Positions 26,735 through 38,595 of a stretch of 64,000 nt of DNA are shown here, one piece after another; position 1 is the stretch's first letter; every line of letters begins with the position of its first letter. The notes under the pieces were generated by a model. The model was not told the DNA's origin and ran no database searches. It was given only the letters and a program-made list of their open reading frames with translations. A program made the translations under genes and the position numbers. Source of the DNA: Malacoraja senta (taxonomy: Eukaryota); NCBI GenBank assembly GCA_038087875.1, contig JAXLNO010000884.1, forward strand, positions 186,001 through 250,000. The letters are read 5' to 3'.

Positions 26735-29700
26735 CCGCTTCTCTCCCCTCCCATCTCCCCTCACCTCTTCTTCTCTCCTCTCCTCTCCTCTCCTCCCTCC
26801 TCTGTATTCTCCTCGCGCTCCTCCCCGCCCCTTCTCTCTCTTCATCTTTTACTTTTCCTCTCCTTTTTCCGCTCCGCCCCTCTCCCTCCAATCCCTCTCT
26901 TCTCCTCACATTTACTTTCTTCTCCTCTCCCATTTCTTCCCTTTCCTCTCCTCTCCTCCACTCTCCTCCCCTCCCCTCTCCCCCTACTCCCCTATCCTCA
27001 ATTCTTCTCCCTTCTCCGATCCCCTCTCCTCTCCCACTCTCATGCCACCTCCACTCCCCACTTCTTCCCTCCTCCCCTCTTCACTCCTCTCCTCTACTCT
27101 CCTCCCCCTCCTTCCATCCTCCTCTCCTCTCATCCCATCGTCCCGTCTCCCATCCTCCACTCTCCACTCCTCCCCTCTTCTCGTCTCCTGCACTTCTCGT
27201 CTTCTCCCCTCCTCTTTCCACCCCCTCTCCCCTCACCTCTTCTCCCCTCCGATATCTTGCTCTCCTCTCATCTCCCCTCCAATCCCCTCTCCTCTCCTCT
27301 TCTCCCGTCCCCTCTACCGTCCTTTCCTCCCCTCCTCTTCTCTCCCTCCACCCTCCCCCCTCCTCAAGTCAAGAACCAAAGGTAATGTGGAGGTGATAGA
27401 TTGTTTCCTTCCCTCCCACTTCCTTCCTCCCCTCTTCTCTCCCCGCCCCTCTCCCCTCTCCCTCCCTCTCCCCTCCTTCCCTCCCCTCTACCCTACTCTC
27501 CACTCATTTCTTCTATCCTCCCATCGACACTCCTTCCCACTCCTCTACTCTTCTCCCCCCCACTTCTCCCTTACCCTCCCCTCCCATCTTCTCCTGTCCT
27601 CTCCACCCCTACCCTCTCCTGCGCTCTACCCTCCTAATCCTCTCTCCTCGTTCTGCCCTTATATCCTCCTCCTCTGCTCTTTCCCACTCTCTTCTCATTT
27701 TCTCTCATATATTTTCCTATCCTACCTTCTACTGTCCTCTCCTTCCTGCTCCTCTCCTCATCTCCCCTCTCCTCTGCTCTTCTCTTCTCTTCCCCATTCC
27801 CCAGCCTCTCCCCTCCTCATCTACTCGCTTCCCCATCCCTTCCTCTCCTCCTCTCCTCTCCTCTCTTCCTCTCCTCTCCCCTCCTCCCTATCCCTTCCAC
27901 GCCTTTCCTCAACTCTGCTCCCCTCTCCTATCCGCTCTTTTCTCTCCTCCTCTCGTGCCTTCCCCTCTCCTCTCCTTCCTTCTCCTCTCCTCCTCTCCCA
28001 TCCTCTCCTCCAGTTTCCTCCCTCCTCCTCTCCTCTGCTGTCAACACCCCTCCTCCCTTCCCCCCACATTTCCCTTCTCCTCTGCTCTCCTTCCCCTCCT
28101 CGCCTCTCCTCCCCTCCTCTCTCTTCACCTCTCTCTTCTTCTCTCTCCTCCACCTCTCTACTGTCCTCTCCTCTGCTCTTCCCCCCTCCTCACCACACAC
28201 CTCCCCTATCTTCTCCTCCGCCCCTTCTCCTCTCCTATCCCTTCTCTCATCAACCTTCCCCTCTCCTGCTCTCGTCTCCACTCCCCTCCCTCTACCCTCG
28301 TCTTCCCACATTGTTTTAACCAAATATATTTTTATAGATCAGTAAGGCAAACAGTGACTGAATACATTGATGCAAAGGATGAATCTAAATCGAACTGAGG
28401 TAAGGAAAGACCAATGCTGATCATAATAAGCAATAACTGGGTTATTTAAAAAAGGAGATACAAGAGACTGCAGAGAGAGGAGGAGAGGAAGGGATGCTGG
28501 AATCTAAGACTAAAAGCAAATTGCAAGAGGAACTAGCTGTCTAGCTATCCAGTATGTAGCTCAGTCTAGCTATCCAGCTACCTAGCTATCCAGGTATGTA
28601 GTTCAATTTGCCAGCTACCAAGCTTTCTAGAGCTATCTAGCTAGCTACCTAGCTATCCAATATGTAGCTATCTCACTAGCTACCTAGCTACACATTATGT
28701 GGCTCAGTCTCGCTTGCTCCCTAGCTATCCTGTATGTAGCCCCATCTCGCCAGCAACTAAATAAGCATAAAACTAAAACTTTCAATGTATAGAAAGAAGG
28801 TACAGTGCTTTATAAATCGCGTCTAAACCGTGAAGGAGATAAGTAAGGAGGAATACAATGTGGCCTAGGTAATGGAAACCTGTAATCAGTATTTAATACA
28901 GACTTTGTACTTAGGGTTAGGCCGACATACCCGTCCTACACGCGTACGGTACAGGCCCTCTGCTGGAGGGTGATAACATATCAGGCGGTGGATCAACATT
29001 CTTTGTGGGAGACTTCACGGGTGACATCACCGGCGGTCTAGTAGGTGATTTCGCCAAAAGTGCTGGTGGCAGTCAGGGGAGGCCCGTCACCCGCGTCCCC
29101 TCCTCCTCTCTCCCCCCCGCACTCCTCTCCTCACCTCTCATCCCCTCTTCCCTCCTCGCATCCCCACCTCTCCCTTCCCTCACCTCCCATCATCTTCCCA
29201 CATCTCCTCCTCTCACCTCCGTTCATATCCAGCACCAAAGATAATTATAATAAGGTGGAGGTGAAAGATTATCTCCTCTCCTCCCATCCCCCTCCCATCC
29301 CCCTCTCTTCCTTCCCCCTCCTTCCCCTCCTTCCATCTCCTCTCCTCTCCCTCCCCTTTCCTCTCTTCTCCCATCTGCTCAAATACAGCAACAACGATAA
29401 TTGTAATATGGTGGTGAGATTGTCGCTTTTCTTCTCCTCTCCTTTCTTTCTCTCCTCTCCTCGCCCCTCCTCTTCTCCACGTGCTTTATTTTACTTTGCG
29501 CTCTCCCCTCACCCACTCTCCTTCCCTCACCTCCCTCTCCTCTCGCCTCTTCTCTCCTTTCCTTCCCTCCGCTCTTCTCCTGTTTATCCCCTCTCCACTC
29601 ATCTCCTTCATTCTCCTCCCCTCTCCTCTCCCCTCTCCTCTCCCCTCTCCTCTCCTCTAATCTTCCTCCTTCATCTCTCCTCCCCTCCTCCCCTCCTTTC

Positions 29701-32700
29701 TCTTCTCCTCCCTTCCTCTCCTCACGCCCCCTGCTCTACCCCTACTCTCATCTCATATCTTTCCCTCCCCTCCCCTCTCCTCTCCTCTCCTCCTCTCCTC
29801 ACCTCCCACTCCCCTCTGCTCTTCTCTTTCCTCCTCTCTCCACTCCTCTCCTTCGCACTTCTCTCCTCCCCTCCCCTTTCCTCCCCTCTTCTTCTCTACT
29901 CTCCCCTCTCCGCCCCTCCCCTCCCATCGCCCCTTCTCCCTCTCTCCTCCCTTTCCCTCTCTTGCCGTCCTCACCTCTCCTCTCCTCTACCTTCCTCTCC
30001 TCCACTCTCATCTCCTCAGCTCCACTATCCCCACTCTCCCTACCTCATCTACTCCCATTTCCTCTCATCCCCTCTTCTCACTTCCACTCTCCTCTCATCG
30101 ACTACCCCCTCCCCTCCTCCCCTCCTCTTTCCTCTCACCTCTCCCATCCCCTCCTCTATCCTCCCCTCCCTATCCCTCTCGACCATCTCGTCCCTTCCCC
30201 TCTCCCGCCGTCTCCTGTCATCTACCCTCCTCTCCTCCCCTCTGCTCCCCTCTGCCCCCCTTCCCTCCCTGCCTCCCTGCCCTCTTGTCTCCCCCTCTCC
30301 TCTCAAATCCACTCTCTGCCCTCCTGCCCTCCTCTCCCGTCCTCTTCTCCACTCTCCTCTCCCACTCTCCTCTCTTCTCATCCTCCCCTCTCCTCCCTCC
30401 CCCTGATCTCCCCTCCTTTCTTATCCTACTCCTCTCCTCTACCCCTCTCCTCTCATCTCTTTCCCTCCTCTCTCCTCTCCACCCCTCTCTCACCTCCTCT
30501 CCACTCCTATCTTCTCCCCTCTTCTCCTATCCTCTTCTCTCCTCTCCTTCCCATTCCTCTCATGAACTCCCCTCTTCTCTCTTCCCCTCCCCTCAAATTC
30601 AGCTACAAAGATAATTAATGATGTGGAGGTGAAAGATTGTCACCTTTCCTCATCTCTCCTCTTTCCCTCTCCACTCCTCACCCTCCTCTCCTCACGCCTC
30701 CTCTTCCCTCATCTATTCTCCCCTCACCTCTCCTATCCTATCCTCCCCTCTCCTTTCCCCTCCAGTCTCCTCCACTCCCCTGCTCCCCTATTCCCTCCTC
30801 TCCTTCCCTATGCTCTCCACCCCTCTCCTCTCATCTTACCTCTCCCCTCCTCTCGTCCCCTGCACGCTCCTCTCGTCCCCTCCCCACTGCCCTCCCCATC
30901 TTCTCTCCTCCTCTCCCCTCCCCTCCTTCCCTTCTCCTCCCCGCCCTTCTCCTCTCCACCCTCACTTCTCCTCTAAACACCTCCTCTCTCCCCTCCCCTC
31001 CTCGCCTCCTCCCATCTCCTTCCTCTCCTCTCCTCTCCTCTCCTTTCCCATCTCCTCTCCTTTCCTCTCCTCTGCTCTATTCTCTCCTCACTTCCACTCT
31101 CCTCCCCTACATTCCGCATCTATCCCCTCCCATCTCCCCTCATCTCTTCTCTCCTCTCTCTCCTCTCCTCTACTCTCCTCTCCTCTTCTCCCTCCCCTGT
31201 ATTCTCCTCTCGCTCCCCCCGCCACTTCTCTCCCTTCTCCTTTTACTTTCCTCTCCTTACACCCTTCCAGTTCTTCCCTCTCTTCTCCTCACATTAATTT
31301 CTTCTCCTCTCCCTCTTCTTCCCTCTCCGCCTCTCCCCACTCCCCTCCCCTCTCGTCTTCCTCCCCTATCCTCTACTCTTCTCCCTTCTCCGATCCCCTC
31401 TCCTTCCCCTCTCCTCTCCTCTCATCCCTCCACCCACTCCCCACTTCTCTCCTCCTCTACTCTTCACTCCTCTCCTCTACTCTCCTCCCCCTTCTTCCAT
31501 CTCCCCTCCTCCCATTCCATCGTCCGCTCTCCCCACCACTTCCCACATCTCCCCTCCTCTCCTCTCCTACACTCTTCTCCTCTTCTCCCCACCTCTTTCC
31601 TTTCCCCCTCGCCCTCACCTCCCCTCCCCTCCGATATCTTGCTCTCCTCTCATCTCCGCTCCAATCCCCTCTCCTCTCCTCTACTCTTCTCACATCCCCT
31701 CTACCCTCCTCTCCTCCCCTCCTCTTCTCTCCCCTCCACCCTCCCCGCTCCTCAAGTCAAGAACCAAAGGTAGTGTGGAGGTGATAGATTCTCCTCCCCT
31801 CCCAATTCCGTCCTCCCCTCTTCTCCTCCTCCCCTCTCCCTCTTTTCCCCTCTCCTCTCCTTCCCTCCCCTCTCCCCTACTCTCCTCTCATTTCTCCTAT
31901 CCTCCCTTCGACACTCCTTCCCACTCTGCTCTTCTCCCCTCCACCTTTCTCTTACCCTCCCCTTCCCTCTTCTCCTGTCCTCTCCACCCCTACCCTCTCC
32001 ACCCCTCTACCCTCCTAATCCTCTCTCCTCGTTCTGCCCCTGATCTCCTCCCCATCTGCTCTTTCCCAATCACTCCTCATTTTCTCTCATATATTTTCAT
32101 ATCCTACCTTCTACTGTCCTCTCCTTCCTGCTCCTCTCTCTTCTCCCCTCTCCTCTGCTCTTCTCTCCTCTTCCCCATTCCCCAGCCTCCCCCCCTCATC
32201 TCCTTGCCTCCCCATCGCTTCCTCTCCTCTCTCCTCTCCTCGCTTCCTCTCCTCTCCCCTCCACCCCTATCTCTTCCACGCCTTTCCTCAACTCTGTTCC
32301 CCTCTCCACACCCACCTATCCTATCCGCTCTCTTCTCTCCTCTTCTCGTGCCCTCCCCTCTCCTCTCCTTTCTTCTCCTCTCCACCTCTCCTATCCTCTC
32401 CTCGAGTTTCCTCCATCCTCCTCTCCTCTGCTATCAACCCCCCTCCTCACTTCCTCCCACATTTCCCCTCTCCTCTGCTCTTCTTCCCCTCCACCCCTCT
32501 CCTACCCTCCTCTCTCTTAACCTCTTCTTCCCTCTCCTCCACCTCTACTCCCCTCTCCTCTGCTCTTCTACGCCTCCTCCCCACATCCGTCCCCTTTCTT
32601 CTCCTCCGCCCCTCTCCGCCCCTCTCCTCTACCCTCCCTCACCAACCTTCCCCTCTCCTGCTCTCCCTCCCCTCCCTCTACTCCCCTCGTCTTCCCACAT

Positions 32701-32870
32701 CTCCCCTCATCTTCTCCACTACTCTCGTACCCTCCCTCTTCTCTCCTCTCAACCCCTCTCCCCATCATCTCTTCTTTATTATCCTCTCCTTTCTCCCCTC
32801 TTTCCCTCCTGTCTACACTACTCCCTTCCTCTCTTCTCCTTTACTTTCCTCTCCTCTCTCCCCACTACTT
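26735..32870. repeat. Polypyrimidine (CT-rich) complex array with conserved ~45-bp cores, interrupted at 28320-29095
   Basis: Almost entirely C/T, with cores at 27365, 29225, 29380, 30594 and 31753 (approx. aaatccagcaccaaagataattataatatggtggaggtgagagattgtc). Confidence 0.92.
28535..28750 (-). repeat. Inverted copy of the TAGC-rich minisatellite at 20693-20932
   Basis: tagctatccagtatgtagctcagtc is the reverse complement of the gactgagctacatactggatagcta type unit near 20750. Confidence 0.8.
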
Positions 32871-34279
32871 GTGGGGAGTAGTGTGGGAGGAGGATAGTAG
32901 TGGGGAGGAAAGGAGAGGAGTGATAGGGGAGAGGAGAGAAAAGGGGAGGGGAGGAAAGTAGAGGAGAGGGGGTAGAGAAGAGGAGGGGAGAGGAATGGGA
33001 GGAGAGGGAGAAGAGGTGAGGGGAGTGGTAAGAATAGAGGGGAGGAAGGGAGAGGTGAGGAGGAGAGGAGATAGTCTCTCCTCCACCAATTTGGTGCTGG
33101 ATTTGAGGTGAGGGGAGAGGAGAGGAGGGGGAGTAGGGGGTATGAACAGGGAGGAGGGGGGCGGAGGGGGGGAGCAGACGGTAGAATAGGAACGGGGAGG
33201 ATAGGAGAGGGGAGAAGAGGAGAGGAGAGGTGTGGGGAGGAGAGTAGCGGAGGGAAGGAGAGGAGAAGGGAGGGGAGGACAGGAGGGGTCAGGGGAATAG
33301 AGCGAGGAGGAGAAGAGTGGGAGGGAGGGGAGCTGAGAGGAGGGGAGGAGAGGAGAGGAGAGCGGGAGATGGGGGGAGGGACGACAGCTGAGGTAGAGTG
33401 GAGGGGAGTTGAGTGGAGGGTAGTGGAGAAGGAGAGGAGGGGAGGGAGAGGGGATGGGAGGGGAGGAGAGGAGAGGGGAGGTGAAGGGAGAGGAGAGAGG
33501 TGGATAGGGTAGTGGAGGGGAGTAGTGTGGTGAAGAGGGTAGGTGAGGAGAGGAGGGGAGAGGGGAGGAGGGGAGGGAAGAGAGGAGAGGAAAGTATAGG
33601 AGAGGAAGGGCGAGAAAAGTGGGGGGTGGGGCGAGAGGAGAGAAGGGATGGAGAGGTGAGGGAGGCAGAGGAGGGGAGAGGGGAGGAGACTGGAGGAGAG
33701 CTGAAAGGGGAGTTAAAGGGAAGGGAGAGGAGAGGAGAGGAGAGGGGAGGAGGAGAGAGGACAATCTCTCACCTCCATACATTACAATTATATTTGGTGC
33801 AGGATTTGAAGGGAGGGGAGAGAGAGAAGCAGGGAGGAGAGGACATGGGAGGGGAGGAGGGGAAAGGAGGAGGGAGGAGAGGAGAGGAATGGAGAGGGGA
33901 GAGAAGAGGGGAGGGGAGGGTAGGGGCAAATGGTGAGGTGAGGAGAAGGGAGCAGAGGAGATGAGGGAGTAGTGGAGAGAGGAGAGGGGACAGAGAGGTG
34001 AGGGGAGAGGAGAGGGACACGGAGGGGAGCGGGAGATTGAGGGGAGCAGAGAGGAGGGGAGGTGAGGAGCGGAGAGAGGAAGGATGAAGAAGAGAGGCGA
34101 GAGAAGAGGGGAGTGGAGGGGAGGGGCAAAAGGTGAGGTGAGGAGAGGGGAGCAGAAGAGATGAGAGAGTAGAGAAGAGAGGAGAGGTGAAACAATCTCT
34201 CACCTAGTCCATATTGCAATTATCTTTAGTGCTGGTTTTGAGGGGAGGGGAGAGAGAGGGAGTGGAATAGTGGAGAGAC

Positions 34280-36003
34280 AATTGACAATAAACAATAGGG
34301 TGCAGGTGTAGGCCATTCGTCCCTTCGAGCCAGCATCGCCGTTCAATGTGATCATGGCTGATCATTCCCAATCAGTACCCCGTTCCTGCCTTCTCCCCAT
34401 ATCCCCTGACTCCGCTATCTTTAAGAACCCTATGTAGCTCTCTCTTGAAAGTATCTGGAGAGCAGCCTCCACCACCCTCTGAGGAAGAGAATTCCACACT
34501 CACAACTCTCTGTGAGAAAAAGTGTTTCCTCGTCTCCGTTCTAGATGGCTACCCATTATTCTTAAACTGTGGCCTCTATTTCTGGACTCCCACAACATCG
34601 GGAACATGTTTCCTGCCTCTAGTGTATCCAAACCCTTAATAATCTTATTTGTTTCAATGAGATATCCTCTCATCCTTCTAAACTCCAGAGTGTACAAGCC
34701 CAGCCGCTCCATTCTCTCAGAATATGACAGTCCCGCCATCCCGGGAATTAACGTTGTAAACCTACGCTGCACTCCCTCAATAGCAAGAATGCCCTTCCTC
34801 AAATTAGGGGACCAAAACTGTGCATAATACTCCAGGTGTGGTCTCACTAGGGCTATGTACAACTGCAGAAGGACCTCTTTGCTCCTATTCTCAACTCCTC
34901 TTGTTATAAAGGCCAACATGCATTTGTTTTCTTCACTGCCTGCTGTACCTGCATGCTTACTTTCATTGACCAATGAACAAGGACACCCAGATCCCATTGT
35001 ACTTCCCTTTTTCCCAACTTGACGCTATTTAGATAGTAATCTGCCTTCCTGTTTTTGCTACCAAAGTAGATAACCTCACATTTATCCACATTAAACTGCA
35101 TCTGCCAAGCATCTGCCCACTCCCCCAACCTGTCCCACGTTACCCTGCATTCTCATAGCAACCTCCTCACAGTTCACACTACCACCCAGCTTTGTGTCAT
35201 CTGCAAATTTGCTAATGTTACTTTGAATCCTTCATCTATATCATTGATGTATATTGTAAATAGCTGCGGTCCCAGCACCGAGCCTTGCGGTACCCCACTA
35301 GTCACTGCCCGCCATTCTGAAAGGGACCCGTTAATCCCTACTCTTTGTTTTGCTGTCTGCCAACCACTTCTCTATCCATGTCAGCACTCTACCCAGGGCC
35401 AATACCATGTGCCTAATTTTGCCCACTAATCTCCTATGTGGGACCTTATCGAATGTTTTTTAAAGTCCAGGTACACTACATCTACTGGCTCTCCCTTGTT
35501 GATTTTCCTAGTTACATCCTCAAAAAATTCCAGAAGTTTAGCCAAGCATGATTTCCCCTTCGTAAATCCATGTTGACTCGGACCGATCCTGTTACTGCTA
35601 TACAAATATGCCGCTATTTCATCTTTTATAATTGACTCCAGCATGTTCATCAACACTGATGTCAGGCTAACTGTTCTATCATTCCCTGTTTTCGCTGTCC
35701 CGTCTTTCTTACAAAGTGGGATTATATTAGCTACCCTGCAAGTTAAGGGAGAGTTAGATAGAGCTCTAGGGGCTTCTAGGGGCTAGTGGAGTCAAGGGAT
35801 ATGGGGAGAAGGCAGGCACGGGTTATTGATAGGGGACGATCAGCCATGATCACAATGAATGGCGGTGCTGGCTCGAAGGGCCGAATGGCCTCCTGCACCT
35901 ATTTTCTATGTTTCTATATTAATCCACAGGAGCTGATCCTGAATCTATAGAACATTGGAAAATTATCACCAATGCATCCACGATTTCTAGAACCACTTCC
36001 TTA
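34280..36003 (-). mobile_element. CR1 LINE, 5'-truncated, RT region to 3' tail, frameshifted
   Basis: Peptides FTKGKSCLAKLLEFFEDVT..PVDVVYLDFKK, WQMQFNVDKCEV, LYIALVRPHLEYYAQFWSP, AIEGVQRRFT. The 3' tail is at 34280-34400 and the upstream continuation at 35920-36003. Confidence 0.92.
35741..35918 (+). mobile_element. Short CR1 3' tail inserted in opposite orientation inside the CR1 above
   Basis: gagttagatagagctctag...gaagggccgaatggcctcctgcacctattttctatgtttctat separates the host sequences taccctgca and aatccacagg. Confidence 0.8.
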
Positions 36004-36546
36004 GAAGAGAGGCGAGCAGAAGAGAGACGGGTGGAGAACAGCGGGGAGGAGGGGAGGGGAGAGTGTTAGAGAGAGGAGGAGATGCGGAGAGAGTAGGGGA
36101 GAGAAGAGTGGAGGGGAGGGGCAAGAGGAGTGGTGAGCAGAGGGGAGAGGAGAGGAGAGGTGATGGGGAGAGTAGAGGGAGCAAAGGAGGGGAGGAGAGG
36201 AGGAGAGGGGAAGAAAAGAGGAGATGTGGGGATGAGGAGAGAAGAAGGGAGGGGAAGGGAGGGGGGAGAGGAAAGGAGAGGAGAGAACAATCTCTCGCCT
36301 CCACTATATTAGTTATCTTTAGTGCTGGATTTGAGGGGAGGGGGAGAGAGAAGCGGGGAAGTGAGGAGATTTACCCTGGAACACAAAACAATTCTGCCAG
36401 GTTTTAACACTCTGGCCAAGCAACAAACAGCAGAGTAACTGTCTTGCAACAGTATTTACATTATTTACAATCGCTTTGCAGCAATCCAATCAAATTCATG
36501 CATTTACAATACATTGGAGTTCCTCTGCAAGATTCTCATACATACT

Positions 36547-36855
36547 AAAACCCCCGTCTCACTGTGCGAGCTGACCCACGAGGTACCCCGAGTTTAAAAC
36601 AAATTTAAATCGTGGTAATCACGTACAATTAACGTAGCGGGAACGTGGGAACTCGTGGACGCAACTTAGCGACTCTTGGCGCTAACGGGAGGTACCCGTG
36701 AAACTTGTTAACTCTTGAAAAAGTTCAAAATTGTTTGAACTTTTCCACGAGTAAAATGTAATCTTGTGGTTAAAAATTGAAACATTTAAACTCGTTGTAA
36801 GAACGTAGTGGCCCGTGCGTTTAACTTTGTGACTCGTGATTCTACCGTGGGAACT
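36547..36855. mobile_element. Degraded non-autonomous DNA transposon (MITE, possibly Harbinger-like)
   Basis: A CpG-rich, quasi-palindromic body with ends cccccgtctcactgtgcgag and ctaccgtggga. It resembles a MITE family I recall from ray genomes. Confidence 0.4.
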
Positions 36856-36924
36856 CTTTTTAGAAACAATAATCAGGGACAGAAATATCAGTTTTTAAAC
36901 TAGGATAACAAGGGTGAAAATAAC

Positions 36925-37140
36925 CTTGAGGACCAACAACTCAGCTTCTGTCTGGAAACGTTGCAGCCTTTCAAACTCAATTCCACACTCAACAAGTTGC
37001 ATTCCCTGTCGATAAAAGAACTGGTCCTTTCAACTGTTAAGTTGAAGACAGAAAGAACAGATGCAAGAAGTATGAAGCAGGATCCCAAGCTGAAAGATTA
37101 CATAAGTCTTCCAGATGCTGCCTGAGCCACTGAGTTACAC
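36925..37140 (+). mobile_element. Penelope-like element 3' fragment
   Basis: LEDQQLSFCLETLQP resembles the GIY-YIG C-terminal EQHLIFRLGTLQP motif, followed by the agatgctgcctga..ctgagtta terminal repeat. Confidence 0.55.
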
Positions 37141-38029
37141 CTGCACGTTTTTTGTTTTTTTTTAATTACAGTTAAGTTATCCACCTGCAAAATCATGACA
37201 GCCTGACCTACTTGAGTACTGCAGTATGTGCTGCATTTTATATAACTCTGTTTAGTTTCATTCATGCAGAGATGCAGTGAAATGGTTTGGATGGAACAGC
37301 AGATGCTGGACACCCCGTCCCTTCTCTCCAGAGATGCTGCCTGTCCCGCTGAGTTACTCCAGCTTTTTGTGTCTATCTGCAGTGAAATGGTTGTTCTACA
37401 TTCTCCCCAGTCAAGTCATACTGTACATAAGTACAATTCGTCCTCTTCTGGAACAGCACGCAGAGATCCACCACATTCCAGGACTGTCTTGCAGCTTTCA
37501 AGTCTCTGAGAAGTCTCATTTTGCCCTAAGGAAATACCCAATTTCTAATATTCTCATGTTAAGGCCAGGTGTCATAACAGCACTGGATTGATGATGTAGA
37601 GGCGCCTGCCTCAGTTAAAGTTTTTCTGTTTCAAGATTGTGACCAAACCCTCGTCACTGGAACTGTGCCGCAGTGCCACCCCATTACGTATCAGTCCCAA
37701 TTATCTTTCAACATGCTGGAATCACTTGTTTTTTTAATTCTTTTTAGACTTTTTTCATGAATTGTTCAGCATAAACAGTTATGCTACAACAAAGTTAAGC
37801 GCAGCTACCACTTAGTTCTAGAGACGTAACAACACAAGAGATAGTGTTGGTAGAATGATCAAACTCACACATAGTGGTTATTAGTAACATTGCAGAGGAA
37901 ACACAAGGTGCTTTCTTCTCAGCATACTTACTACCAGTCTACCAGAGAGAGAGAGAGCTGTCTAATAAGCCTTTGGGCGGAGCCACAGTATGAGTGACAC
38001 TAATCTACAGGTAGGCACAGGGATAATTT

Positions 38030-38335
38030 TCGGTTTATTATTGTCACGTTTAGTTTCGAGGTACAGCATGGAAATAGGCCTTTGGCCAACTGAACCTGTG
38101 CTGACTAACGACCACCCAAATATTAGTTCTATCCTACACACTAGGGACAATTTACAGAAGCCAAAAATCTTACAAACCTGCACGTCTTTGAATGTGACGG
38201 AACTGTAGCACCCGGAGATAACTCACATGGTCACAGAGAGAATATATGAACTCTATATAGACAGCACCCATTGTCAGGATTGAACTTTGGTCTGTGGTAC
38301 TGTCAGGCAGCAACTTTCCAGGTACAGTTCCATGA
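38030..38335 (-). mobile_element. HE1-like V-SINE, degraded
   Basis: Contains acaaacctgcacgtctttg...acagacagcaccc, the reverse complement of the V-SINE core and tRNA-like head. Confidence 0.6.
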
Positions 38336-38464
38336 TATCCAATTGGATGAGATAACAACATACATATATATGATCAAGTCAACTCAAGTACTATAGGTAG
38401 AGCAAAGGGGAAGGTACATAGTGTGGCATATAGTTCTCAGCAATGTAGCACACCAGTTCCATTA

Positions 38465-38595
38465 GATAAGGGTTTCGACACAAAACGTGACACATTCCTT
38501 CTCTCCAGAGATGCTGCCTGACCCGTTGAGTTACTCTAGCATTTTGTGTCTATCTGCGGTTTAAACCAGCATCTACAGTTCCTTCCTGCATAGTT
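38465..38595 (+). mobile_element. Penelope-like terminal repeat fragment
   Basis: aagggtttcgacacaaaacgtgac..ctctccagagatgctgcctgacccgttgagttactc. Confidence 0.6.

Larger units (their letters stand above)
23320..28399 (+). pseudogene. Candidate decayed multi-exon gene with a possible BEN-like C-terminal domain
   Basis: AG/GT-bounded segments at 24971-25074 (open), 25158-25304 (one TGA), 26464-26543 (one frameshift needed) and 28338-28399 (stop), plus weaker ones at 23320-24477 (split by L1) and from 24533. No homology search was possible. Confidence 0.35.
32871..36365. repeat. Polypurine (GA-rich) array, the inverted form of the CT array, interrupted by a CR1
   Basis: Reverse-complement cores at about 33070, 33761, 34191 and 36286 (gacaatctctcacctcc...tttggtgctggatttgagg). 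Confidence 0.92.

Noticed and set aside
28880-29095. CpG-rich island containing ttagggttagg
   Set aside because: It has fewer than two full telomeric units and no other recognisable feature.
26697-36407. Long Pro/Ser/Leu (extensin-like) and Arg/Gly/Glu ORFs up to 453 aa
   Set aside because: Stop codons are simply rare in CT/GA tracts; all frames are open and the composition mirrors the DNA.
37970-38015. GC box followed by ATG..CAG/gtaggc as a first exon of the MHC gene
   Set aside because: MSDTNLQ is not a signal peptide and the donor is phase 0.
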